In this document: positions 8,674 through 17,492 of the stretch, one piece after another | Layout of the letters: the number at the start of each line of letters is the position of its first letter | Position numbering within the stretch: the stretch's first letter is position 1 | Sequence record: LC768500.1 | Length of the DNA: 64,000 bases | Strand: one strand, 5' to 3' | The notes under the pieces: generated by a model | What the model was told of the DNA's origin: nothing | What the model saw: the letters and a program-made list of their open reading frames with translations, nothing else | The model's database searches: none | Program-made: the position numbers and the translations under genes

Positions 8674-9135
8674 TTACTCAGAAATCTGAATAAATCTAAA
8701 GATATTCAATATCTTTTTAACTATGAGGTAGTAGCTCGAATATGTTTCGATTATCTTATCTTCCGAATTAAGAAATTTCTTAAGAGATGCCAATGAGTCC
8801 TTCAGTTCTTTATCCGCCTCACCGGATTCAACTGTTTTAGAGACTTTATCATACTGTGATTTAACTTCAGGAAGACTTTTCAGTTTATTAATGGACACAA
8901 AAAACTCTTTCATGCCTTTATTGAGAGAATAGATCAACGAAGGAATTTCAGACATTGCTATGTAATCGTCGGTTCTTAAATGCAGTTTTAGCTCCCTCAA
9001 TGCCCCCAACATGGCGTGGACAGAATCACCAGAAGCTTTCATTCCAGGGATAATACGATCCCCCGAATCAAGATTTTGTAAAATAATCTTTAGGTCGTTT
9101 TCTAGGGCCTTTATTCTGGCGAAGTACCCGCTCAT
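8674..9135 (-). CDS. hypothetical helical protein; possibly frameshifted C-terminal half of 9132..9632
   Basis: ATGA overlap at an A6 run, no SD. Confidence 0.55.
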   Translation of the reverse strand: MSGYFARIKALENDLKIILQNLDSGDRIIPGMKASGDSVHAMLGALRELKLHLRTDDYIAMSEIPSLIYSLNKGMKEFFVSINKLKSLPEVKSQYDKVSKTVESGEADKELKDSLASLKKFLNSEDKIIETYSSYYLIVKKILNIFRFIQISE

Positions 9136-9632
9136 TTTTTAGGGAAAGGAACGTCGTACTTTTTAAAAACTGTCAATCCTATTTCTCCTAAGCTTATTTT
9201 AGGTGAAATACTTTGGAGTCTCTCAACCTCTGCTAAAATAGCTGAACGATTAGGGAAGCCTTCATCTCGTTTAATCGCGTCTATCATTCTGGGATAGACC
9301 CTTTGAGCTATTTTTAGATCGGAACTACTTAAGAATCTTTCGATATCAGATTTTAATGAATTAGACTGTTTCTCTATTTCGGATTTTTTCTGTTCGGGTG
9401 ATTTAGAAGAAAACCATCCGAAGATCTTTTTAAATATCCCTTTAATATATTCCCAGGCTTTCTTTATTCCGTCCGAGACGGTATCTACAAATCCTTCGTT
9501 ACCCGAAACGAACATCCGGCTTGGTTCGTTAGCCCAGAGTACACCGCCTAAGTAACGTGAAGCATACGTTTCATTTCCGCTAACGCGGTCATACAACCCG
9601 TCGAAGACGAGTTCAATGTGATCGTTGTTCAT
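9132..9632 (-). CDS. putative head/internal protein with protease-cleaved leader (paralog of 42341..43117)
   Basis: Nearly identical N-terminal ~65 aa incl. two SGNE motifs followed by an amphipathic helix. Confidence 0.75.
   Translation of the reverse strand: MNNDHIELVFDGLYDRVSGNETYASRYLGGVLWANEPSRMFVSGNEGFVDTVSDGIKKAWEYIKGIFKKIFGWFSSKSPEQKKSEIEKQSNSLKSDIERFLSSSDLKIAQRVYPRMIDAIKRDEGFPNRSAILAEVERLQSISPKISLGEIGLTVFKKYDVPFPKK
9565..9620 (-). repeat. 56-nt exact repeat, copy 1 (inverted relative to 42353..42408)
   Basis: Direct base-by-base comparison. Confidence 0.95.
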
Positions 9633-9641
9633 TTAATTTTC

Positions 9642-10754
9642 CTATTTAGAAAGTTTATTTTGTTTTAACATGGTGGTGACTTGTTCTAAGTATTGTACTT
9701 GTAACGGTCCAGGAACGAAATGCTTAATCATTCCTTTGATATCCTGTCTAGCCCAAACATCGATATGACCATTGACCGTCCCCATTGCGTTGAAGCTTTT
9801 ATTATTGAGTGCCAAACTAAGCGTTAATAACTTCATTATTGGGAATTGCCAAATGGCGTTTGTTTGACTATATCGATTGTATCTCTTCGCATCTACAATG
9901 AGAGGGTTGACATCCATCGTCATAAAGTCGCCTATTCTCTGTATGACGTGTTCCGGGGAATAGCTCGGTGTTAGCGTTAAGGTTTCGACCAAGAAGGTTA
10001 AGAATCCTTTGAGCAATTCACCCACTGGATTGATATTAAATTCTCCCTTGATTACGGTTAATTGGTCGTCGATATTCTCTCCGTTAACTACGACGTTATA
10101 GAGCGAATTGAATACGCTTAATTGATGTTGCAAACACCTTGCGTTGATTAGGGGAGTGCCGGCCAAATAACGATGAGGACCTAATCCAGTTTCCGATCCT
10201 TCGGCTAATCGTTCGTTAAGGTAACGCCAATATCCTATACCCAAAGCCGTGATATCCACCCCTATTACCGCAAACCCACCATAATTCATCGGATCGTTTT
10301 TGAGAGAAGTGGTGTTAGTGTATCGGATGTCCGTTTCAGTGCTAATCAATGGGATGATACTGCAAATGTCTCTTTCGTCTAAATCGAAATAATCGTTGAG
10401 GTTATCTTTAGCCGGGTAAGAAACCAACATTTCGGTCAGCCCATTCGCGTACATCACGTTTTGTTTTACGATACCTTTATTGTATATAGACGTGATTCCG
10501 ATAGCGGACGCCCAACTATCTACCTGCATCTCGATCATTGCTTTAAGGTAAGTAGGATCCCATTCTGGCTGAATGTTCATCAATGAAAGCAACTGAACTA
10601 AAGGATGTTGGTTCTGTAAAACGTAGGTGGTGTTGTCGTTCCGTGCTATCCACTGACGACGATTGAAATCCAAGATACGTATTATATTACTGAGCCTACC
10701 ATATTTATAGACGGCAGGACGATGATCAGTTGTTATTAATTTTAAAGGTTTCAT
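9642..10754 (-). CDS. conserved virion structural protein (phiKZ gp52-like by synteny)
   Basis: 370-aa ORF divergent from chimallin, as in phiKZ-like genomes. Confidence 0.6.
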   Translation of the reverse strand: MKPLKLITTDHRPAVYKYGRLSNIIRILDFNRRQWIARNDNTTYVLQNQHPLVQLLSLMNIQPEWDPTYLKAMIEMQVDSWASAIGITSIYNKGIVKQNVMYANGLTEMLVSYPAKDNLNDYFDLDERDICSIIPLISTETDIRYTNTTSLKNDPMNYGGFAVIGVDITALGIGYWRYLNERLAEGSETGLGPHRYLAGTPLINARCLQHQLSVFNSLYNVVVNGENIDDQLTVIKGEFNINPVGELLKGFLTFLVETLTLTPSYSPEHVIQRIGDFMTMDVNPLIVDAKRYNRYSQTNAIWQFPIMKLLTLSLALNNKSFNAMGTVNGHIDVWARQDIKGMIKHFVPGPLQVQYLEQVTTMLKQNKLSK

Positions 10755-11013
10755 TGTAGTCCTGTTAGTAACTCAGTATTATGTTATTACACATATTAAT
10801 TATATGTAAACAAATACACCTCTCCGAAAGGAGGGGAGACCAATGCCGCGGAGTAGAAATCCGTTAAGCATAAAATCGATCAGTTTTTACTACCCCTAAA
10901 TAATTTCAGACCGATATTATTTAATCGGATAAACAACACAAATGTTTATCTGTTTTGATCAAACTTAATAACATCCCCCTTTATAAAAAGCTAATAGCTA
11001 TTAGGAGTTAAGA

Positions 11014-13026
11014 ATGTCCGACAATCAAAATGGCAACAACTGGGAACAAACCGTCCTGAACACCGCTGCTGGTAAAGGAGAGCCGATCGTCTCTGCTTCT
11101 GCCGAGAATTTCGGTTCTCAGCTGCTCGGTCTGCTCGGCCAGGCTTCTCTTCTGGGTTCTTCCAAGAACGTGCCGGAAGTAGAAGAAACCGCGGCTTTGA
11201 TCAAGAAACGCGTAACCGATCTGAAAAACGGTACGCCGGGCGAAACCCAGAAGAAGATCCTGCCGGAAGTGAACATCATCACCAAACCGATCATCTCTGC
11301 ACTGCCGGGCATCGTGCTCTCCCTGCACATGAACAACAACCCTGCGGTATACGTCATGCCGGTGCTGTTCTCTAACCGTCATCTGACCAATACCCTGGAA
11401 GAGATCCAGATCGACAACGGCGTTAACCAACAGCGCAAAATGTCCATGCCGTTTACCCCGGATTCCTACGCTCGTGCTGATCTGTTCGAACAGATCAAAA
11501 TGCACTACAAAGCGATGCTCCAGGATAAAGGTGTGAGCGAATGCGTGATCATCAACGTGATGGTTATCGACCTGGAACAGATCGTTGGTGACGATGTCCT
11601 GAATCAGGGCAAATCGCCGCTGCTGCGTGATGAAATCATGCGTAGCTGGGAACAGGGTCTGATGGTACAGATCGCAAAAATCGCAGCTAACCAGCCGAAA
11701 GCATCTCTGCCTTCTCCGTTCTCTGCGACCGGCGGCAAAGCGTATGGTCAGCACGGTAATGCGATTGCTCGCGTTGAACCGATCCGCGGTCAGTATGTTA
11801 ACGAAGGCCTGCTGTCTCCGGCTAACCTGACCATCCGCATGCAAACTGCTAACCATAACGGTTATCAGGGTAATGCTGAGCAGTCCCGCGAAATCGTCAA
11901 CACCTACGCGACCGTTAGCCTGATGGGTTCTCCGATCCAGCAGTTCAACCCGCAGCTGACCGGTAACATTCCGCAGCCGTACCTGCAGACCCCTAACGGT
12001 CGTCCTCAGGGTTACACCCCGCTGCAGCCGATCGTTATCATGAACCACGCTAAAGCTGGCGAGGTGCTGGGTGATGCAACTGGTCTGTCGACCTACTTCA
12101 TGGGCCTGTTCTCTCTGATGGCGACCAACAGCAACTACCTGTTTGCTGAAGCTCTGCGTTCTAAGAACGTAGGTTCTCGTGGCTCCCTGACTGATATGGA
12201 ACACCGCATCCGTCAGATGGAAAATGGATTACCTCCGCGCACTAAGGGTACTGAGATGACCGACGCTAAACTGTCGGATATCGATTTCACCACTAACTGG
12301 ATTCGCGCCAATATTGGACCTAAAGCAGTCTTTGCTGCTGACCTGATCCAGTTCGGCCCGGATGCGGCAATCTCCAACTTCCTGTTCAACCTCACCTCCG
12401 GTGCGAAAGACTACAGCAAATGCGTGAAAACCGTTATTGCTATCGTCGATTCCATCTCCGGTGATGCGAAAGCCATGTCTGCGGTTATCGCAGAAAACCA
12501 GGCCAACAACAATGGTAACGGCGGATGGATTCCGGGTAAACCGGTACTGCACGTTTCTAACGCGCTGATCCCTGTCGGTACTGCTGTACTGGATAACAAA
12601 CGCATTGCGCTCGGCGAAGTGGACGAGATGTTCCTGTCCAAGCACTACAAAGATCAGATCACCCCGATGAACCAGTACCTGGAAAACATGTACGGGTCTA
12701 ACCCGAACGTGCCGGAAAAACTGCGTCGCTATAACCTGCTCATCCAGCTGTCCACCATCTTCTCTGAAGGTGTAAACCTGTTCGGCTTCGCTCGTCGTTG
12801 CTACTGGGATCCGCTGTTCATGGATGCGTTCACTAAAGCGATGAACACCATCGGTTCTCTGCAGGTTACTGGCTCTATGGGTCAGTTCGCTGCTAACGTT
12901 CAGGTCTTCGCTCCTGGCCAGCAGTATATCTCTCAGGCAACTGCTGGTAACTCCGGTGGCGTCGTTCTGGGTAACGGTATGATGCTGGGTGCAGGTGGCG
13001 GTCTGGTGTTTGGCCCGTCCTACTAA
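11014..13026 (+). CDS. chmA: chimallin, major phage nuclear shell protein
   Basis: 670 aa, extreme high-expression codon bias, directly upstream of nvRNAP beta'; GGAG SD; own terminator. Confidence 0.85.
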   Translation: MSDNQNGNNWEQTVLNTAAGKGEPIVSASAENFGSQLLGLLGQASLLGSSKNVPEVEETAALIKKRVTDLKNGTPGETQKKILPEVNIITKPIISALPGIVLSLHMNNNPAVYVMPVLFSNRHLTNTLEEIQIDNGVNQQRKMSMPFTPDSYARADLFEQIKMHYKAMLQDKGVSECVIINVMVIDLEQIVGDDVLNQGKSPLLRDEIMRSWEQGLMVQIAKIAANQPKASLPSPFSATGGKAYGQHGNAIARVEPIRGQYVNEGLLSPANLTIRMQTANHNGYQGNAEQSREIVNTYATVSLMGSPIQQFNPQLTGNIPQPYLQTPNGRPQGYTPLQPIVIMNHAKAGEVLGDATGLSTYFMGLFSLMATNSNYLFAEALRSKNVGSRGSLTDMEHRIRQMENGLPPRTKGTEMTDAKLSDIDFTTNWIRANIGPKAVFAADLIQFGPDAAISNFLFNLTSGAKDYSKCVKTVIAIVDSISGDAKAMSAVIAENQANNNGNGGWIPGKPVLHVSNALIPVGTAVLDNKRIALGEVDEMFLSKHYKDQITPMNQYLENMYGSNPNVPEKLRRYNLLIQLSTIFSEGVNLFGFARRCYWDPLFMDAFTKAMNTIGSLQVTGSMGQFAANVQVFAPGQQYISQATAGNSGGVVLGNGMMLGAGGGLVFGPSY

Positions 13027-13050
13027 GAGTTCGGCTGTAAGCTCACTAAA

Positions 13051-13079
13051 GGAGGAGGCGGAAGCCTCCTCCCTTTTTT
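13051..13079 (+). terminator. intrinsic terminator after chmA
   Basis: GGAGGAGGC-GGAA-GCCTCCTCC plus T-tract. Confidence 0.85.
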
Positions 13080-13112
13080 ATGCATTTCATTTTTTGAGTG
13101 AACGGAGACGTT

Positions 13113-14516
13113 ATGGATCAGTACGGTGATCGTATTATTGATGCATTAACAGCGCCTGAATTTTCATCATTGCAACCAGAGGCTCAGTTTAAAACTTATG
13201 CCGAACAATACGGTGGTGACCTTTCTGACGACAAACGTTTTTATGAACCCCTTTATCCCGACTTCACTGACTATAACCGTTTGCATGATACTGCTAAGGT
13301 CGATCCGGTTTACCTGAACGATTTCGATTTTTGTTTGGAAGAAGACCGAGAACGAATCGCATCTTTGATTCGTATGGACTTCAACACCGACACATTCGAA
13401 ACCGTCGCGAGATGTAGCTGTGGGCATCTGAAGGGCAACTATTTGTTGGGTCAGAAAAGATCATGTCCCATCTGCCAATCCCTTGTAGAGAAAGTCGTAG
13501 AGACTTCCTTAGATACTAAGGTATGGGTCAGGGTTCCAGAAGGCGTAGTTGGATTTATCAGTCCGGCTTATTACAAAACCTTCTTATCGAAGATCGCGAC
13601 TAATTCTCCAAAGATTGAGATCGTGACTTGGCTCATCGATCCGTCTTATCGTCGGGGAAGCCGAGCTCAGCATACTGAGTCTGGTCGTCGGATGTTGGCT
13701 GAACTCGATAAACTCGGAATAGTGCCCGGGCTTAACAGCTTTATATTGAACGCGGACAGATTCATGGAACACTTCCTTGTTGGTGAAGGAAGAGGTGCCG
13801 TGAGCATGAAGCCGGCTGATGGTAAAAAGCATTTGGATAAGTATTACGAATATCGTCATCTTATCTTCCCGCGGTACCTGTCCGTACCCAATAAACTCGC
13901 TACCATCATCGAGCAAGATGGTAAAGATAAGTACGTTTCTTCAACCCAATTGAAAACCTCGGCAATCTACCAATCTATTGCAGATACGAGAGATTCTACT
14001 GAGTTTTATAAATGTACGATTAAGGACCTTAAAGAGAACGCTGATATCGTCGGGAAGGCGATAGTTCGATTAGGTAAACAGAACTCTGATAACTATAAGA
14101 GTCAGCTGTTTGCTAAATCGAGCCTGATACGTAAACACGTAATCGCGGGATCATTATCTTTATCAGGTCGTGGTGTTATCACATCAACGACTGGATTACA
14201 TGATGCCGGTGTTGCTAAGATACCTTGGATCATGGCAGTGGCTATGCTGAAGAAACACATCCTGGGATATCTTTACCGTTTAGGGTACAGCCCCCTGAAA
14301 GCCGAAAGTGTAATCAGTACAGCAGCACACCAAGTCGTCCCGGTAATCGATCAATTCTTTACCAAGCACGAAAAGCAAAAAGACATTGTCTGCATTTTAG
14401 GAAGAAACCCATCAATTCAGTACCTGTCAGCAAAAGCCTTCTTCATGTCGATCAACCGAGATTTAGAAGACGAGTCGATAAACTTACCAATACTCTCAGT
14501 TAAAACCTTTAATGCT
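13113..14516 (+). CDS. rpoC: nvRNAP beta' N-terminal subunit (phiKZ gp55-like), exon 1
   Basis: Zn finger CSCG..CPIC, SGRGVI, GRNPS, ends FNA (TTT AAT GCT); spliced product ~534 aa. Confidence 0.9.
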
Positions 14517-15946
14517 AAATCAAGAAGTGAGAGTTCCATACTTTTGTGAGAGAAAGCATGAGAACTATTGAGTTTGAAAGAACACCACGTGAAACAGTAC
14601 TTTTTGAAGAAGACGGTTGGGCTCATCACCCGACTATCAAAAACATCCTATTAAAGGAGAAAGGAAACACTTATCGTTTATTTACCGACGGTAAATGGAA
14701 CGAAGTTATTCCCGAACAAAAATCGAGATACATTTATGTATCCTTTGGCGGGATAGAAATACCCCTTCATCAATTAAAGCTGGAAACCTTTTTAGAAAGA
14801 CCAGCTTCTACCGAAGGACTTAAATTGTTAGGCAATCATATCGATGGTGATATCTTTAATAACGACATCGATAACCTTGAATGGGTGACCTACAGAGGAA
14901 ACATCATTCATGCCTATGAATCAGGATTAAGATCAGATAATAAGCCGTTGGTTTTGGTCGATTTACATTCAGGCGAGGAATTTCCGTTCTATAGCCTAAA
15001 TGAATGTGCTAGATATCTGAAACTTAACCCCTCTAAGATAACCCAGTTTTTGAGAAAGAAGAGAAGTTACCCATTCCAGTGGAAATACGATTTCAAACTA
15101 GATGGGTTGTCTCCTAATAATCTGACCTCTAAAGACGTTGGTAAGGCATCGCAAAATAAACCAAGACCTTTTATTATGCGAAACATAAATACCGGCGAAG
15201 AAAGAGAACTTGGGCTCTATCGTTCGATTAGAAGAATTTGGGGCGTGTCGGAAAGAACTCTCCAAAAAGTTTTAAGCGGTAAAATGAAGATAGATGATGT
15301 TTGGGAATTTGTGCCGATTACTGATCCCGACAGACTTATCCATCTTTCTAATACACTGCCAGACATAAAGGAGGCGTTTGATACAACTTCTAATAGAAAA
15401 AATATGGCGGCTAAAAAGTCTAAAGCGATTAAAGTAACGGGTCCTGATGAAACCACGTTCTATTCGTCTATTAAAGACTTTTCACAGAAAAACGGATTCA
15501 ACGCCGCAACCATACAAAAGTTTATTTATAAGAACCCGGGGAAACCCTGGAAGAATTATGTTATCACGTATGTTTAACTCTCACTTCTTTGGCCCAGTAG
15601 ACGCGAAAGCTCTGCTGCGTACTCTCTCTAATTGCTGGAAACTCCTAAAGCTCGTTCACCTCGTATAGAGGGGTCGAAAGACAGAAACAACGAACGAGAT
15701 ATCTCACGCTAACCAATAATGCTAAAAGATAAATAATGGGTTACCTAGCAGCGAACCCTACCTCGGTAGGAGACGTTCAACGACTAGAGCTGAAACGCTC
15801 GTAGGATCCTAGTGTGGATCCGAAATGGGAGAGGACCTAAGTTTGACAGTAGTCAAATATGGTTAAGATATAGTCTGTGCCCTCAGGAAATCTGAGGGAG
15901 GGTGTCTCAGCACACCTGCTCCATATGGAACGGAGTGGACAATCAG
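14517..15946 (+). mobile_element. group I intron A (IA2-like) with HNH ORF in loop L1
   Basis: 5' exon ends in U, omega-G 15946; AAUUGCUGGAAA, GUUCAACGACUA 15775-86, AAGAUAUAGUCU 15865-76; 14-bp stem 14522-35/15576-89 closes the ORF loop. Confidence 0.92.
14558..15577 (+). CDS. intron-encoded HNH homing endonuclease (I-HmuI-like, NUMOD1/IENR1-type repeats)
   Basis: NHIDGDIFNNDIDNLEWVT..N..HA; repeated D..SGE/N.NTGE modules; GTG 14546 is an alternative start. Confidence 0.9.
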   Translation: MRTIEFERTPRETVLFEEDGWAHHPTIKNILLKEKGNTYRLFTDGKWNEVIPEQKSRYIYVSFGGIEIPLHQLKLETFLERPASTEGLKLLGNHIDGDIFNNDIDNLEWVTYRGNIIHAYESGLRSDNKPLVLVDLHSGEEFPFYSLNECARYLKLNPSKITQFLRKKRSYPFQWKYDFKLDGLSPNNLTSKDVGKASQNKPRPFIMRNINTGEERELGLYRSIRRIWGVSERTLQKVLSGKMKIDDVWEFVPITDPDRLIHLSNTLPDIKEAFDTTSNRKNMAAKKSKAIKVTGPDETTFYSSIKDFSQKNGFNAATIQKFIYKNPGKPWKNYVITYV

Positions 15947-15958
15947 GATTTTGACGGT
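15947..15958 (+). CDS. rpoC: nvRNAP beta' micro-exon 2 (12 nt, DFDG)
   Basis: GAT TTT GAC GGT preceded by G and ending in U; restores NADFDGD. Confidence 0.88.
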
Positions 15959-16269
15959 AAACGTATTGCCGCCTAGCTTAGTAATGAGTTAGTGAATAAG
16001 TGCGGAATGAAGCGTAGAAGCTGAAATGCCGATGCGAACCGAAGGTCTAAGAGTAACGTCTTGACCAGGGGCAGAGCGTAGGAGATGAAACCATTTATGG
16101 AATATAATTCTCCCAAGAGGCCGCACCACGATGAGTATTAATCTCATCCGCTCTTTTAGAGCGCCTATCGTGAACGAGGGTGAAAACGTACGCCACACAA
16201 TCCGAATAGAAAGGGTTGAGCTAAGAGATAAAAAACTCTTAGGCGAATAGATCTTTATTCGTAATGATG
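15959..16269 (+). ncRNA. group I intron B, 311 nt, ORF-less
   Basis: IGS GUAUUGCCG 15963-71 pairs 5' exon CGGU (U.G wobble) and 3' exon GAUAC; P3 16000-05/16121-26; P7 GAGCGUA 16074-80/UACGCC 16189-94; omega-G 16269. Confidence 0.85.
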
Positions 16270-16458
16270 GATACCATGTACTGTTATGTATTGAGTGATT
16301 TAAAAGGTAAGGCCAAAGCGTATGGGTCGTTCGGTCATCAGTCCATGCTTGATGAAAACGAACCATTTACAATAAGTCGATTTGCTGATCAAACTTCAAC
16401 GAATTTGATGAACCTCAACAACATGATGAGAGGAACACCAATCAATGAATGCGGCTGA
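16270..16458 (+). CDS. rpoC: nvRNAP beta' exon 3
   Basis: Starts D-T-M, completing NADFDGDTM (cf. canonical NADFDGDQM). Confidence 0.88.
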   Translation, partial: DTMYCYVLSDLKGKAKAYGSFGHQSMLDENEPFTISRFADQTSTNLMNLNNMMRGTPINECG

Positions 16459-17080
16459 CGCGTTTAGCTTTAGTTGTGCCGGCGCTATTGACGAAGGTCG
16501 AATGCGTCAGTATGCCGGCTACGTTCAAATGAATTTTGATAACGTGAAAGGAATGGGAGGTTGGCTGGCGAAAGAAGCAGAAAAAACGTTAGACCGATTT
16601 TCTAACTTCATGAATTCCAGGGCGTGGGAGTTATCCAAAATCCTAACGGGGAATGGCGATGGTGAATACGTAGGACGATTTGACATCGGTTATTTAGGTT
16701 CCCTCAACGCTCAACAGCAAGCCCAGGGTTTCATGCGGGATTACATCATGGCTAACCCATTGGTTATGCAGATGTATCTGGATGGAGGATTGGAAGGCTA
16801 CGGTGGTGAGTTCTCCCCGTTCTGTAATGCCGTTGGTAAGAACAACGTTTTCTATCGTAACGCCACCCATGGTATAGTACAAACTGAAACTAAAGACGAC
16901 GTTCAGAAAACCTGGTTCAGTCACTTTGGTGATGTGCCCGGTACAGGAATGTCCTTTAGGGAACAAGCAGACATCATGAGAACTTGGAAAGCGACCAATC
17001 ACCTGATAGGTTCTCAGCTCTTTGATATGACCTCACCATCGAATAAAAAGATGAATGAGGATAACGAAGAGGAAACATAA
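16445..17080 (+). CDS. conserved hypothetical protein
   Basis: 211-aa ORF, SD GAGGA, core-block position. Confidence 0.75.
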   Translation: MNAADAFSFSCAGAIDEGRMRQYAGYVQMNFDNVKGMGGWLAKEAEKTLDRFSNFMNSRAWELSKILTGNGDGEYVGRFDIGYLGSLNAQQQAQGFMRDYIMANPLVMQMYLDGGLEGYGGEFSPFCNAVGKNNVFYRNATHGIVQTETKDDVQKTWFSHFGDVPGTGMSFREQADIMRTWKATNHLIGSQLFDMTSPSNKKMNEDNEEET

Positions 17081-17492
17081 ACATTTTTTGGGGGAGGAAA
17101 CTCCCCCATTTAACATCGAGAGTAAACTTATGAATAGCGAACAAACCAAACCCATGCATAGTGTTTTTATGCAAATCATCAGTTCCGAAGAAATCGGTAA
17201 TTTGAAGAATGCTGTTCGGAATACCGAATTCCTTTTAGCCGAGTTAGGCGAATCGGAAGACGGCAAACCACTGGATCCATCCAATCTGATCTTTATTGTA
17301 ACCGACATGTCTTTTGACGAACACGGAAACTTGATGGGAAGAGTAACTCCCACCGGCCCATACAAGGACAAGGGACGGGAATGGATTTCGACTAAAAAAT
17401 ATAAAACACCTATTTTTAAGTTTATTCCGAGAGTGGCCACGAATAACCGCAATTGGACCTTCATCAATAAACTCGACGTGGTGGTCAAATAA
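17055..17492 (+). CDS. hypothetical protein
   Basis: ORF in operon; start uncertain. Confidence 0.6.
   Translation: MRITKRKHKHFLGEETPPFNIESKLMNSEQTKPMHSVFMQIISSEEIGNLKNAVRNTEFLLAELGESEDGKPLDPSNLIFIVTDMSFDEHGNLMGRVTPTGPYKDKGREWISTKKYKTPIFKFIPRVATNNRNWTFINKLDVVVK

Noticed and set aside
11008-12204. 398-aa antisense ORF over chimallin (also 57669..58691 and 21226..22014)
   Set aside because: Shadow ORFs produced by strong RNY codon bias of the sense gene; no SD, non-protein-like composition
15989-16366. 125-aa minus-strand ORF as cargo of intron B
   Set aside because: Antisense to the ribozyme core, TTG-type start, no recognisable motif
16264-16458. Stand-alone 64-aa gene starting at ATG 16264
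   Set aside because: The ATGs lie in the last 6 nt of intron B; the ORF is exon 3 of beta'
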